From positions 1-56,782 of the forward strand of contig CAIUWO010000534.1 in NCBI GenBank assembly GCA_903902895.1: a stretch of 56,782 nucleotides of DNA, given 5' to 3'. Both the position numbers and the translations under genes were made by a program. The notes below the pieces were generated by a model. The model was not told where the DNA came from, did no database searches, and saw nothing but the letters and a program-made list of their open reading frames with translations. Below are positions 34,740-45,104 of this stretch, piece by piece. The DNA comes from Candidatus Hydrogenedentota bacterium (GTDB lineage: Bacteria > Hydrogenedentota > Hydrogenedentia > Hydrogenedentales > CAITNO01). Within the stretch, counting starts at the first letter, position 1. Every line of letters begins with the position of its first letter.

Positions 34740-36731
34740 GTGAAAATGGGTATTACAGCCGAAGGCGGCGCTAAAACGAAAAACACAGTCCTGTTTGCCC
34801 TGCTCCTGCTGTTTTTCGTTCAGCTTTTGGGGATGTGGATAGAAAGCATTTACCGGATGAGCCTTATCAAGCTCGCGCCGGGGAAGGAACTCTACGGGGT
34901 TCTGCTGTTGCTTCTGCCGTTGGCGGTGTTTGCCTTCAGCGAGAGGCGGGAGCGCGTCTTCCTTTGGATTGCAGTCGTGACCTTTGTGGCCATGCGGTTG
35001 TTGTGCCCAATGTTGGGCGCGGTGGGCCAGATACTTGCCGGCGGCGTGGGTGTGTCCATGTTTCTGGTCATTCTCGCGTATGCGTTCAGCGAACGCCATG
35101 CCCTGCTCAAGGGCGACATGGGGCAGGCTGTCGGGATTGCCGTGCTGCTGTCCGTGGTCTTTCGCAGTTGGGGCTCTTCAGCGGACATCTCAATGAGCGC
35201 AACGACGCCGGGCCTGTGCCTGACTTCGTTGCTGGCCTGCTTGGCTCTCTGCCTTTTCTGGTCATCGACGGCCGGCACCACAATTGCACAGCCGTCACCC
35301 ACACTGTCCGCCTGCCGCCTTTTCCCCGCCATGCTTGGCCTGTTTGCCAATCTCACGCTGGTTTATCTTCTATACTCCTGCCCAACGGTTGTGCCGGCAT
35401 GGATCGGCTACGCCCAATTGGGATTCTCGGGGCTGTGGGCTTCTGGATGTGTCGCCGTTGCGTTTGCGCTGGCCCTCCTGCTGTCACGGAGGATGGCTTC
35501 TCCCGGAATGCCCGCAGCGGGCGCATGGAATGTGATTCTCATCGCGTTGCTGGCCGGCGGCCTCTACCTGGGCAGGCCCGTGCTCCCGGTGTCGGCGGCG
35601 TCGCCCGCGGTGTTCGCCAACGGCATTGCCGCGCCAGGCAGTTCCCTGCTGTACCTTGCTTTGCTTCTGTCGCCGGTTGTGATGTTCAACGTCCGGCATA
35701 TTGCCGGACTGTCTCCCTGTGCGCGACCGCGGAATGCCGTGCTTCCCGTGATGGCTGGGATGGTTCTGCTGTTCACTCTGGCGCTGCTGCTTATCTTTTC
35801 CAATGTGTGGGGTTATGTTCCCTTTGGAACGTTCTTTCGCAACCGTTTCTATCTGCCGTTTCTGGTCGCGGGTGTTGTGACGCTATTACCGTGGCTGCTG
35901 CCGCGGCAATCCGGAGATTATTCTCGCGCCCCGGGGGGAGGGCGCCTGCTGGGTGCGTTGGCTATCCTCCTGCCCATGCTCGCCCTGGCTGGAGCCTTCG
36001 TGCATATGCCGCTGGGGAATCCTGTGAAACCCAAACGCGATCTCACCATCCTGACCTACAATATGCAGCAGGGGTCACACCTCAACGGAGACCGCAACTA
36101 CATCAAGCAGCGCGACCTTTTGCGCAGACTCAATCCGGACATCATCGGTTTGCAGGAGAGCGACACCGCGCGCCCGTCAGGCGGCAATGTTGACGCTGTC
36201 CGGTATCTGGCGGAATCGCTCGGTTACCACGCGTACTACGGCCCCGGCTCGGTCTCGGGAACCTTCGGCGCGGCCATCCTGTCGCGCTATCCAATCAAGA
36301 GTGCGCGCAGTTTCTTCTCCCACAGCGACTCTGATGAAGTCGGCACGGCAGTCGCCGAGATCGATGTGGACGGCACCACAATAGCCTTCTTCTCGACGCA
36401 TCCTTCCGGCGGCAGCGAAGTCATGGAGGCATTCGTTGCCGCGTTGAAGGCGGAGGCGGGAAAATACGCGCACGTCATTGCCGTCGGCGACTACAACTTC
36501 ACGCCGCGGGAGCCCTATTTTGCCAGTCTGTCGGAGTTGTTACAGGATTCTGCGGCACAGTTGGGCGGGGCGAAGGTCGACAGTCATGGGGGAAATCCGA
36601 ATCTTGCGGACGAAATAGACCACATCTTCGTGTCGCGCAACTTCGGCGTGGTGGAAAGCCACTACCTCCCGCCGACGGAATCAGAGACCGACCATCCCGC
36701 GCACTGGTCCGTGGTTAAAATGGGCAATTGA
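34740..36731 (+). CDS. Polytopic membrane protein (~11-12 TM helices) fused to a C-terminal endonuclease/exonuclease/phosphatase (EEP) domain
   Basis: The first ~430 aa are hydrophobic. The EEP domain spans about 36040-36728 (LTILTYNMQQG, IIGLQE, VGDYNF, and DHIFVS followed by SETDHPAH). The start is GTG 34740 or ATG 34746. Confidence 0.8.
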   Translation: MKMGITAEGGAKTKNTVLFALLLLFFVQLLGMWIESIYRMSLIKLAPGKELYGVLLLLLPLAVFAFSERRERVFLWIAVVTFVAMRLLCPMLGAVGQILAGGVGVSMFLVILAYAFSERHALLKGDMGQAVGIAVLLSVVFRSWGSSADISMSATTPGLCLTSLLACLALCLFWSSTAGTTIAQPSPTLSACRLFPAMLGLFANLTLVYLLYSCPTVVPAWIGYAQLGFSGLWASGCVAVAFALALLLSRRMASPGMPAAGAWNVILIALLAGGLYLGRPVLPVSAASPAVFANGIAAPGSSLLYLALLLSPVVMFNVRHIAGLSPCARPRNAVLPVMAGMVLLFTLALLLIFSNVWGYVPFGTFFRNRFYLPFLVAGVVTLLPWLLPRQSGDYSRAPGGGRLLGALAILLPMLALAGAFVHMPLGNPVKPKRDLTILTYNMQQGSHLNGDRNYIKQRDLLRRLNPDIIGLQESDTARPSGGNVDAVRYLAESLGYHAYYGPGSVSGTFGAAILSRYPIKSARSFFSHSDSDEVGTAVAEIDVDGTTIAFFSTHPSGGSEVMEAFVAALKAEAGKYAHVIAVGDYNFTPREPYFASLSELLQDSAAQLGGAKVDSHGGNPNLADEIDHIFVSRNFGVVESHYLPPTESETDHPAHWSVVKMGN

Positions 36732-36763
36732 CATTGGACAATTGACGATGGGGCGAGGAGAGA

Positions 36764-38203
36764 CTAGATGCCGTCCTGCATTTCCGTGATGGATTCCGCT
36801 TCGGGTGCGGTAATCGGCACGGTGCGGGCGACCACGGGCCTTTTCCAGCGTCCGGTGAGGTAGTAGGAGACGCTGATTCCCGCACCGACGAAGGAACTGA
36901 TCAGGATGCCGTACCAGATGCCCTCAACCCTGCCAAGGTAGTGGGAAAGGAACAGGGCGAGGGGAATGCGGACAATCCAAAACCCCACCAGGGTGAAGGC
37001 GGTTGTGGCCATGGTGCGTCCCGACCCGTTGATAATGCCGTTGCTCAGGAACATGACCGCCCACATGAGATAGCCGAAGCCCACAATGCGCAGGTAGCGG
37101 ACGCCGATGGCGACCAAGTCGGCGTCATGGGAGAAGAGGCGCATGAACTGCGCGGGGAATCCGAGTGAAAGGAGGGTGGCCGGCAGTGTCAGCCCAATGC
37201 AGACAAGCAGGCCCCAGCGAAAGGTCTGCTTCACCCGGTCAAACTTTTGCGCGCCGATGTTCTGTCCGGACATTGTGGAGGCCGCCATGCCGACAGCCAT
37301 GGCGGGCATGAAGGCAAGGAGGTCAATGCGCATGGCGATGCCGTAGGCGGCGGCGCTGTGCGCGCCAAAGCGGTTGACGAGCGTCACGATGACCACGATT
37401 CCAAGGGAAACGAGGGCCTGCTGGACCATGGACGGCAGGCCTATGCGCAACGTTAGCTTGGACATCTCCGGATCCAGGCCAATTTTGCGCCAGTTCGGCG
37501 CGGCAATATGGCGGACCCGGCGCATGTACATGGAAAGTGCGACAAGCGCGGCGGCCTGGGAAATGATTGTTGCCAGCGCTGTGCCGTTGAGGCCCATCTT
37601 TGGGAAACCGAACCAGCCAAACATGAGCAACGGGTCCAAAATGGCAGTCACCACCAGGGAACCTGCCTGGAAATAGAGCGGGGTCTTGGAGTCGCCGGCG
37701 CCGCGCATAACGGAGGCCAGGAAGAACATGCCGAACATGAGGGGCGTGGTCCAAAGAAACAGGTGGAGATAGGAAATTGCCAGGCCGGCAGACTCGGGCG
37801 GCGTGCTCATCAGCCGCACAAGGCTTCCAGCGGCCAAATCTCCGACCACAAAACACAGGAACCCCGCGATCGCGGTCAGGACCATGGAGTTCTGCACGAC
37901 ATGCCTGAGCCGATCCCAATCCTTGGCGCCGTAAGACTGCGACACGAGAACGTTCGAGGCGAGGCTAAGCCCCTGCCCAAAGGCGTTTAGCACAAAGAAC
38001 ACGGGGAAACAGGTAGTAAGTGCGGCCATTGCCTCCGCGCCAAGCCACTTGCTGACCCAGAACGCGTTGACCAGGCTGTAGGCGACATGGATAAGACTTC
38101 CGAGCAGCATGGGTAAGGCAAAGAAAACCAAATTCTTCGCGATGCTGCCGGTGGTAAGGTCTTTGCCATGTGAACCCGCGGGCCTCGCGGGAATTGAACT
38201 CAT
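36764..38203 (-). CDS. MATE-family efflux transporter
   Basis: 12-TM layout with the N-terminal signature TGSIAKNLVFFALPMLLGSLIHVAYSLVNAFWV. Start moved to ATG 38203. Confidence 0.85.
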   Translation of the reverse strand: MSSIPARPAGSHGKDLTTGSIAKNLVFFALPMLLGSLIHVAYSLVNAFWVSKWLGAEAMAALTTCFPVFFVLNAFGQGLSLASNVLVSQSYGAKDWDRLRHVVQNSMVLTAIAGFLCFVVGDLAAGSLVRLMSTPPESAGLAISYLHLFLWTTPLMFGMFFLASVMRGAGDSKTPLYFQAGSLVVTAILDPLLMFGWFGFPKMGLNGTALATIISQAAALVALSMYMRRVRHIAAPNWRKIGLDPEMSKLTLRIGLPSMVQQALVSLGIVVIVTLVNRFGAHSAAAYGIAMRIDLLAFMPAMAVGMAASTMSGQNIGAQKFDRVKQTFRWGLLVCIGLTLPATLLSLGFPAQFMRLFSHDADLVAIGVRYLRIVGFGYLMWAVMFLSNGIINGSGRTMATTAFTLVGFWIVRIPLALFLSHYLGRVEGIWYGILISSFVGAGISVSYYLTGRWKRPVVARTVPITAPEAESITEMQDGI

Positions 38204-38521
38204 ATTGCAGGTTTTCCGGGTGAGTGTTGAGTTTAGATATAACCACACTATGGCCGTTCATAACAAGTTCGTTGCAGTAAACAGGCCACATAACCATAGT
38301 ATTCGCATGTGCATGTCGTCCAACGGCCGAAACACAAAGCCGGACAAGCCAACCGCTCCCTCCCTGAGAAGTTTCCGGTTGCAGTTTGCCATGGTTTATC
38401 AGTATTGTGCCTCCATGTTTTGAGACGCTTGCCACGTCCGTGCCGGTGCTGCTTCCGGTTGCGGCGACATGGCGCGGACTATTCCGGCGCCTCTTTGGGC
38501 CACAAGCAAGGGATATGGAGT

Positions 38522-39544
38522 ATGAACATGCGGAAAATGACACGCCGATCATTCTTGGGGGCGGGAACTCTGCTTGTGGGCATTACCGTGTCGGGGTGCG
38601 CGACGGGACCAGCGGAAATCGTGGCCCCTGCATCAGGCGACCTGCCGCATGTTTCCCACTTGCGGGTAAAAAGGCCGCGTTCAATACGCATGCTGCAAAT
38701 GACTGACATCCACCTCTTCTCAAGTGACCCGCCGTTGGCTGACCCCATGAACAAGAAGACGGTGTCCGACATGCAGGCGCTGATTGCCGCGACCAAACCC
38801 GACCTTGTGTTCATTACCGGCGACCTCTGGCGCGACCATCCTCCGGAGAAGTTGGACGAATTTGCGCGGTACGCCATAGAGCAGTGCGCGAATCTGGGTC
38901 TGCCTTGGGCGTATGTGTGGGGCAACCATGACCAGGTTGCCGACCGCGCGGCCGTGGACGCACTGCTGGAAAAGGCACCCAACGCGCTTTATCGGGGCGC
39001 GGGGTCAAACGGAAACTACGTGCTCAATCTGGAGGACCGCCACGGGAAAGTGGTGTGGCAGTTTCTGTGCATTAACACTTCAACCACTGGTTTGGTCGCG
39101 TCGCAGCAGGCATGGCTCCGGTCGCTTCCGAAGGGTACCAACAGCGGCGCAAAGGGTATTATGGCGGCCTTCCACATACCACTGAAGCAGTATGACAGTG
39201 TTTGGTCAAGCGGTATAGCGCGGGGTATCAAGTGCGAGAACGTATGCTTTGAACAGGAGGACGGTTCGAGTCTGGCGGTGTTGAAGTCACTGGGGGTGAA
39301 GGCGTGTTTCTGCGGACATGACCACGTGAACGACTATTCGGGGGTGGTGGACGGTGTGGACCTGATTTACGGCAGGGGCACGGGGCGTGGCAGTTACGGG
39401 GGGTTGCAGGTGCGCAAGGGCGCGAAACTGTACACGCTGGACGGGCACACGGGCAAGTATCGGTGGGAGTCGGTTCTATTCGACGGCATGCGCTGGGTGC
39501 CCGGTCCTGATGAACACACAGACAGGACGCCTGCCGACAAATAG
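38522..39544 (+). CDS. Calcineurin-like metallophosphoesterase with a Tat / lipoprotein-type signal
   Basis: MNMRKMTRRSFLGAGTLLVGITVSGCA (twin-Arg plus lipobox-like SGC). Metallophosphoesterase motifs QMTDIH, TGDLW, GNHD and GHDH. The start is ATG 38522, 38528 or 38537. Confidence 0.8.
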   Translation: MNMRKMTRRSFLGAGTLLVGITVSGCATGPAEIVAPASGDLPHVSHLRVKRPRSIRMLQMTDIHLFSSDPPLADPMNKKTVSDMQALIAATKPDLVFITGDLWRDHPPEKLDEFARYAIEQCANLGLPWAYVWGNHDQVADRAAVDALLEKAPNALYRGAGSNGNYVLNLEDRHGKVVWQFLCINTSTTGLVASQQAWLRSLPKGTNSGAKGIMAAFHIPLKQYDSVWSSGIARGIKCENVCFEQEDGSSLAVLKSLGVKACFCGHDHVNDYSGVVDGVDLIYGRGTGRGSYGGLQVRKGAKLYTLDGHTGKYRWESVLFDGMRWVPGPDEHTDRTPADK

Positions 39545-39569
39545 CGGGGTGTCAAACCCCTCCCCCGCT
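39543..39569. terminator. Hairpin between the convergent metallophosphoesterase and protease genes
   Basis: AGCGGGG (39543-39549) / CCCCGCT (39563-39569), with an inner GGGGT/ACCCC alternative. Weak T-tract. Confidence 0.3.
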
Positions 39570-39676
39570 CCCTTTGCGCCATGATTGACAAGCTCCGTGC
39601 TTGAGGGTTCGGGCAAAAGGGTTTCTTCGGTTTGACAATGTTGAGAGACTGGCCCATGCCAATGCGGAGCGAGGAT

Positions 39677-41878
39677 TTATGGGCTAACCCAGGGAATGGT
39701 GAGCGAGGACATTTTGGGCGCATCCGTGGGGTCCATAGGGTCATGGTGCGTCCGAATCTCCATATGGTCGGAGATGCCGTCGTTGTCGGTGTCAAACAGG
39801 GCGGGGTTGGTGGCGTAGCCAAAACGGCTGTGAACTTCGTCACCGTCGTTCAGACCGTCCCGGTCGGTGTCGGATTGATTCGGGTCGGTGCCGTAGAGGC
39901 TGGTTTCCTCGGCGTCAGAAAGTCCGTCGCCGTCCGAGTCCACATCGTTGTCGAGCAGGGTGATTGCCGTGGCCGACTGGCCGTCAAGGGGAAGGGCGCA
40001 ACCGGCGGGACTCGATAACCGCAGGGTGAAGTTCTTGTTGCCGTTGACCTGTGCGCTGGAAAGAATGGGAAACGCACAGCTTTGCGAGGACTCGCCCTTC
40101 TCGAATCGCACTGTCTGGGGTGAATCGGCATAATTCACTCCAGGAAGGGCCGTTCCAGGTTCGGAAGTTACAAATACTTCGGTTGGTCCGTCCGCGGGGC
40201 GCGAGAGGGATAGGGTGATAACCGCCGCACCGGAATCCTCATCCACGCTCTGGGCAGACTGGTCCATAAAAACTCCGGGTGCTTCAAGGAAGCTGCGTAT
40301 GGCCGCATAGCTGCGGTCAAAGCGCCCGTAATAATCCGGCGCGTCGGGCAGGCTGCAACTCGCATCGCCCCCCCACAACTGGCCGATGATCTGTCCCGTG
40401 GCGGCGATGGCGAGAGGGCTTCCGGAGGAACCGGGTTCGGTGGTGCCCAGGTTCCAGGTCACCTGGTGATACCACTCGGGAAACGCGTTGGACACATTGC
40501 TGAGCGCCCCGTCGGTGATGCGCTTGAAGTCACCCCTGGGATGGTGGACACAAACTACCGGGGTGCCCAAGGGCGGCGGGACGACGGTCCATCCCATGCG
40601 GGGCAGGTCGGCGGGAGGCTCATTGCGCAGGCGCAGGAAAGTGAAGTCGGACCCACCGCCCGTGGTGCCGTTGCCGGTCATACCGGCCAGATAGTCCGCC
40701 CCCCCCACCGTGCGCGGCACGGTCAGCAGCGACGGAACGGCACCATCGCATGCGCCCGACTGATAGCGCCAATAGAATTCGAGCGATTCCGCGCCGCGGG
40801 ACCCGGTCTGCCCGCGAACGCAATGGTTTGCCGTGAGCACAAAAGGCAGAGTCAGGCAGGGGTTTGCATCGGCGAGCAGTGTGCAGGTGCAGAACAGGAC
40901 ACCGGAACTGTCGATGGTTCCCAGCCCGCCCACGGCAAGGGCGAAATCGGCCCATTCGGGGCGGCAGGTAACGTCCTTGTTGCAACTTCCGGCAAACCCC
41001 TTTTCCAATCCTGTTTTCAGTGGATCGCGGTAGATGTGGGCCACTTTCGTGATATGCAGAGAAAAAGGCGGTGCGGCTTCATTTGCCGGGAAACGGCACT
41101 CGATGATGACCGTTTCGCCGGGGCACGCGGGCGCCCAGTAGGGCCATTCGCGGATGCCGGCGGTGTCGAGTGGGCCCAGCGCATTCTTCGGGTCGGCGGC
41201 ATCATACAGAATGATCTCCGCGCCGGGAGGAAGCGCGAGCTGGTCGAAGGCAATGCGCTGTCCCAAGGCGCCGGGTGAGGTGATGGCGGCAGCCCATACT
41301 GTTCCATTGGCCACGGCGGTCTTCGCGCCCGCAATCACTTCCAGCGCTTGGGGTAGGTCCTGAAAAATTCCTATGCGCATGGCCTTTTCAGCCGCGACGA
41401 ATTGGGCATCCTCCGCTGCCACACGTTTCATGTCCGGGGCACCGAGAACGATGCGCGGAATCCGTTCAATCTCTTCAAGGCTGAGATGGTGAACGGGCAG
41501 CTGCCGCAGCGCACGAGCCGCGGCATTGCCCGGTGTCATGGGCGCCTGCAGCAAGCCCGCGGAAATGGCCGAAAGTCCCAAGCGTGCGGCCTCAGCATCG
41601 CTGAGCAACCGGCCATCCTTCACATAGCGGACCATACTCGGCCCGCCCCCCGGAGACACAATCGACATTGCCTGCGCGTAGCCCTTTGTCGCGCCAATGG
41701 CCTGCAACCAAGTGGCGTCGAGATCCGAACCTTCCGGCAGCGCCTTTTGCCGAAGCAAAAAGCCGCGAGCCTCGTCCCTGCTCCACACGGTATTCCCCGC
41801 GCCTTGCGCGTGCTGCGCCAACAGACACAGCAAAACAGCGCAAATCAGTTGGTGAACAGCCCTTCGCAGGGTGTTCAT
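39677..41878 (-). CDS. Secreted Lys-C-like (Achromobacter protease I-type, S1 family) serine endopeptidase with C-terminal Calx-beta and thrombospondin-type-3 Ca-binding repeats
   Basis: Signal peptide. Catalytic-domain blocks collinear with lysyl endopeptidase: [16 protein letters not shown] (His), SDFTFLRL (Asp), [22 protein letters not shown] (Ser), [18 protein letters not shown]. Then a Calx-beta-like block ([15 protein letters not shown]...FTLRLSS) and D-rich repeats [33 protein letters not shown]. Confidence 0.8.
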   Translation of the reverse strand: MNTLRRAVHQLICAVLLCLLAQHAQGAGNTVWSRDEARGFLLRQKALPEGSDLDATWLQAIGATKGYAQAMSIVSPGGGPSMVRYVKDGRLLSDAEAARLGLSAISAGLLQAPMTPGNAAARALRQLPVHHLSLEEIERIPRIVLGAPDMKRVAAEDAQFVAAEKAMRIGIFQDLPQALEVIAGAKTAVANGTVWAAAITSPGALGQRIAFDQLALPPGAEIILYDAADPKNALGPLDTAGIREWPYWAPACPGETVIIECRFPANEAAPPFSLHITKVAHIYRDPLKTGLEKGFAGSCNKDVTCRPEWADFALAVGGLGTIDSSGVLFCTCTLLADANPCLTLPFVLTANHCVRGQTGSRGAESLEFYWRYQSGACDGAVPSLLTVPRTVGGADYLAGMTGNGTTGGGSDFTFLRLRNEPPADLPRMGWTVVPPPLGTPVVCVHHPRGDFKRITDGALSNVSNAFPEWYHQVTWNLGTTEPGSSGSPLAIAATGQIIGQLWGGDASCSLPDAPDYYGRFDRSYAAIRSFLEAPGVFMDQSAQSVDEDSGAAVITLSLSRPADGPTEVFVTSEPGTALPGVNYADSPQTVRFEKGESSQSCAFPILSSAQVNGNKNFTLRLSSPAGCALPLDGQSATAITLLDNDVDSDGDGLSDAEETSLYGTDPNQSDTDRDGLNDGDEVHSRFGYATNPALFDTDNDGISDHMEIRTHHDPMDPTDAPKMSSLTIPWVSP

Positions 41879-43578
41879 CCCCGCGAACCCCGCCCCAACA
41901 CTCCGGCGAGCATGAGTATGCCAACCAATGCAGCAATGGCAGTGATATTGGCCGGATCAGCCGCTTTAAACCATTGACACCCGTCCTGATTGCCGCCGTT
42001 TTCACCTTCTGTGGAGGTCTCGGGGGAAAGCCACTTCTGGATGATGGGGTAGGTGACATCGAAGCGTCCAAAGTAATCGGGCTCGGTGGTGCCGCCACAA
42101 CTGGCGTAGCCACCGTACAACTGGCCGATAATGAGCGGTTCGGCACGTGTGAAGAGCGGACATCCGGAGGAACCTGGCTCGGTGGTTCCTTCCTGCCAGA
42201 GAATCTCGTGAAAGCGCTCTATGGGTTTGAGACGCTTTCCGTCGCGGGGACTGCCCGCATCGGTGATGGTGCCGAAGGAAATGCGCTTGGGCTGGCCCTG
42301 GGGGTGGTGAATGGCTGTGACCTGCGCGTCCACCGCGGCGGGTTTGGTTGAATGGCCGGCATGGGTGAGTCCATCCGGCGGGGCTTTGCGCAGCCGAAGG
42401 AAGGCGAAATCGGTGCCGTCAATGTTTTTCGACCCGGCGAGATAGTCGGCTCCACCCGTGGTGCGCGGAACCGTGTCCATGGCCGGCGGGCTGGCGTCGC
42501 AGGCATCGGACTGGTAGAGCCAGTAGACTTCCAGGGTGCCGGCCTCCGACTGGCCGCTTACGCAATGGTTGGCGGTAAGGAGATAGGGTATTTCGGAGTC
42601 AGGGACGGTATCAGCCATCAACGCGCCGGTACAGGCCCAAAGTCCGTCTGAGTTGGCCTTGGCAAGGCGACCAACCGCCATGGCCACAGTCAACCAGTCG
42701 GCACGGCAGGCCACGTGGATGTTGCACGACCCCACGGCTGCGGCCTTTTCGAAGGGCAGCTTGTACATCCAGCCGATGCGGTCAACCTTGATGGCCACGG
42801 TCCCGGCAGTGACCCCTACGGGCAGGCGGCATTCAAGCGTGACCGCCTCATTGAAGCAGGACGGGCCCCAGCCCGGGTCAGGAGCTGCCACGGCCTCCAC
42901 GGTATCAGGCGCAATGGGACTGTAGGCTATCAATTCCGCACCCATGGGCAGTTCCAGCGCCGCAAAATGCAGACGAAGTCCCACGGCACCCAGCACTCGA
43001 AGCGTGGCAACCCAGGCACGCCTGCCGTCAGGCAGGTCATGCCATTCCCCAAAGACCGCCGCATCCCCCTGTACGGAGAGAGGAGTCGGCAGGTCCATGA
43101 CCGAACCGTAACGTTCCAGCCCCTTGGCGGCGGAGTCCTCTTCCCCGGCTTTGGGCTCGCTTTCCTCCGTCGGAGCGGCGAGCACCGTTTCAAGGCGATC
43201 TTCTGCGGCGACCGGCAGCCAGGGGGAAAGCTTCTTTGCAGACTTTGCCCGGGGGAAACCGGGCAGTATTTCGGGCGCCACGGTTACGGGGGGCGCATCC
43301 CAGTGCTTGGGGGGCACGTCAAGCCCGACCAACTCGGCCTCAGAAAGCACCCTGTCCCCACTGTCAAAATATACGTCCACCCTGTCACCACCGCTCGGGG
43401 ATTGGAGATGATAACCCCTCAGAAGTGCGCCATCGTGGGTGTTTTCCTCCCAGGCCAGAAGAACGATCCATTCCCCGGGGAGGTAACCAGCGCTTTCCAA
43501 AGCGGCCGGATATTGCGCGGTAAAGGCGGCGGAAGCCAGACACAAGAGCGGCACGATAAGCATTGCAATTTTATTCAT
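41875..43578 (-). CDS. Lys-C-like S1 serine endopeptidase paralogue with a C-terminal Cys / TM helix / basic tail
   Basis: Signal peptide [21 protein letters not shown]. Motifs [64 protein letters not shown]. Tail [35 protein letters not shown]. Its stop overlaps the start of the downstream paralogue (ATGA at 41875-41878). Confidence 0.8.
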   Translation of the reverse strand: MNKIAMLIVPLLCLASAAFTAQYPAALESAGYLPGEWIVLLAWEENTHDGALLRGYHLQSPSGGDRVDVYFDSGDRVLSEAELVGLDVPPKHWDAPPVTVAPEILPGFPRAKSAKKLSPWLPVAAEDRLETVLAAPTEESEPKAGEEDSAAKGLERYGSVMDLPTPLSVQGDAAVFGEWHDLPDGRRAWVATLRVLGAVGLRLHFAALELPMGAELIAYSPIAPDTVEAVAAPDPGWGPSCFNEAVTLECRLPVGVTAGTVAIKVDRIGWMYKLPFEKAAAVGSCNIHVACRADWLTVAMAVGRLAKANSDGLWACTGALMADTVPDSEIPYLLTANHCVSGQSEAGTLEVYWLYQSDACDASPPAMDTVPRTTGGADYLAGSKNIDGTDFAFLRLRKAPPDGLTHAGHSTKPAAVDAQVTAIHHPQGQPKRISFGTITDAGSPRDGKRLKPIERFHEILWQEGTTEPGSSGCPLFTRAEPLIIGQLYGGYASCGGTTEPDYFGRFDVTYPIIQKWLSPETSTEGENGGNQDGCQWFKAADPANITAIAALVGILMLAGVLGRGSRG

Positions 43579-44011
43579 GTATCGTTTTCCTGACTGCGAA
43601 TACAACGTTTCTGCCTCCACATCTGGATACATACCAGCCAACTGCGCTCATTAAAGTCTACCCCAAAACTCACCCATGACATAATATCCTATGAGGAAGG
43701 AATATTCCCGCCTAAAAAAAGAGGCCTGTCCGTTAGCATCGCTGCGCAACTTCTGCGCAAACGAAGCGGTATTACGATACTACTACTATCACACATTTGC
43801 CTCAGCATACGCTTTTCCGCAAACGCGACACCCGCAAACGACGCCCTTGTGTTTGTCCACGCGGTTGAGTATCGTAACCACAAGCATTCGAACTGTTTCC
43901 GGTTTTCAATTCCCCGTAAGCTCTGAAGCCCAAGAGACTGCCCGGATGCCGCCGTTTAAGCCATCTTTACCCACAGACCTTCGCGACGAACCACAACAAG
44001 GAGTCTTTATA

Positions 44012-45010
44012 ATGCCAGCGAAACAGGACAGGCGGGGTTTTACGCTCATCGAACTTCTGGTGGTCATTGCCATCATTGGCATTCTGGCGGCGATTCTGCT
44101 GCCTGCCTTGGCCCGGGCACGGGAGGCCGCGCGCCGCTCCAGTTGCCAGAACAACCTCAAGCAGTTCGGCTTGGTTTTTAAGATGTACTCAAACGAGTCG
44201 GGCGGCGCGTTCCCGCCGGTGCAGCACCAGACCTACTGCAACACCGGATGCTCGGGGGTCCTTTTGACGCCACTGGTTACGGGGGTATATCCGGAATACG
44301 TCACCGACCCGAAAATCTACGTGTGTCCCTCAAGTTCATCGCACAAGATTTCAGACATGTATTACGGCGGAAAAGAGGGGGGTGAGACGGTCCTGAATTT
44401 CAGGGGGGCGGACCACAATACCACGGAGTACAACAATTGGTGGGCGGCGACCTGGTCATATCTGTACTTCGGGTTCGTATACGATCTGAGCGATGAGTCG
44501 CCGGAGAATCTTGTCGATGGAAACGCATCGGGCATTATCTCGATTTTGCAGATCATCAAGCCGGACCTTGTCGTTCCTGCAAATCCGATGGTTCCGAAAC
44601 AGTTTGTGTATCAGTGGATGAAGATTCTCCTGTCGTTGCCTGGGACGGGGAAGATGCCTGACAACCAGCGCGGAGCTGTGAAGGAGTTTGACCAGGACAC
44701 AGAGGGCGTTGTAGATGGCACCGGTGTTCCGTGGGGCACGGGGCACGGCACAAAGCTGTACCGCCTTCGCGAAGGCATCGAGAGGTTCTTGATCACCGAC
44801 ATCAACAACGCGGCCGCCAGCAGCAAGGCGCAAAGCGATATCTTCATTTTCGGCGACATCTTGTCGACCAATGCGTCAAAGTTTAACCATGTGCCAGGTG
44901 GCTCGAACGTTCTGTACATGGACGGCCACGTCGAATTCCTGAAATATCCCGGACTGAAAGCGCCCGTGACCAAGTCCTTTGCCCTGACGGCGTCGGGATT
45001 AACACAGTAA
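44012..45010 (+). CDS. DUF1559 protein with a prepilin-type N-terminal cleavage/methylation domain and an H-X9-DG tail
   Basis: AAGGAG upstream. [52 protein letters not shown], and C-terminal [15 protein letters not shown]. Confidence 0.9.
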   Translation: MPAKQDRRGFTLIELLVVIAIIGILAAILLPALARAREAARRSSCQNNLKQFGLVFKMYSNESGGAFPPVQHQTYCNTGCSGVLLTPLVTGVYPEYVTDPKIYVCPSSSSHKISDMYYGGKEGGETVLNFRGADHNTTEYNNWWAATWSYLYFGFVYDLSDESPENLVDGNASGIISILQIIKPDLVVPANPMVPKQFVYQWMKILLSLPGTGKMPDNQRGAVKEFDQDTEGVVDGTGVPWGTGHGTKLYRLREGIERFLITDINNAAASSKAQSDIFIFGDILSTNASKFNHVPGGSNVLYMDGHVEFLKYPGLKAPVTKSFALTASGLTQ

Positions 45011-45028
45011 CTTCTGTAATTCCCACGG

Positions 45029-45062
45029 GGCGCCCGCTGCGAAAGTTGCGGGCGCCTTTTCC
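45029..45062 (+). terminator. Rho-independent terminator after the DUF1559 gene
   Basis: 9-bp stem GGCGCCCGC / GCGGGCGCC followed by TTTTCC. Confidence 0.7.
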
Positions 45063-45104
45063 TTATGGACATGCGGTTGTGCGATAAGGCATAGTCTCCG
45101 CAAT

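Noticed and set aside
34835-36193. 452-aa plus-strand ORF in an alternative frame of the membrane-EEP gene.
   Set aside because: Its translation is Arg/Gly/Cys/Pro-rich with no TM helices or domains. The 34740 frame gives coherent TM helices continuing into a complete EEP domain.
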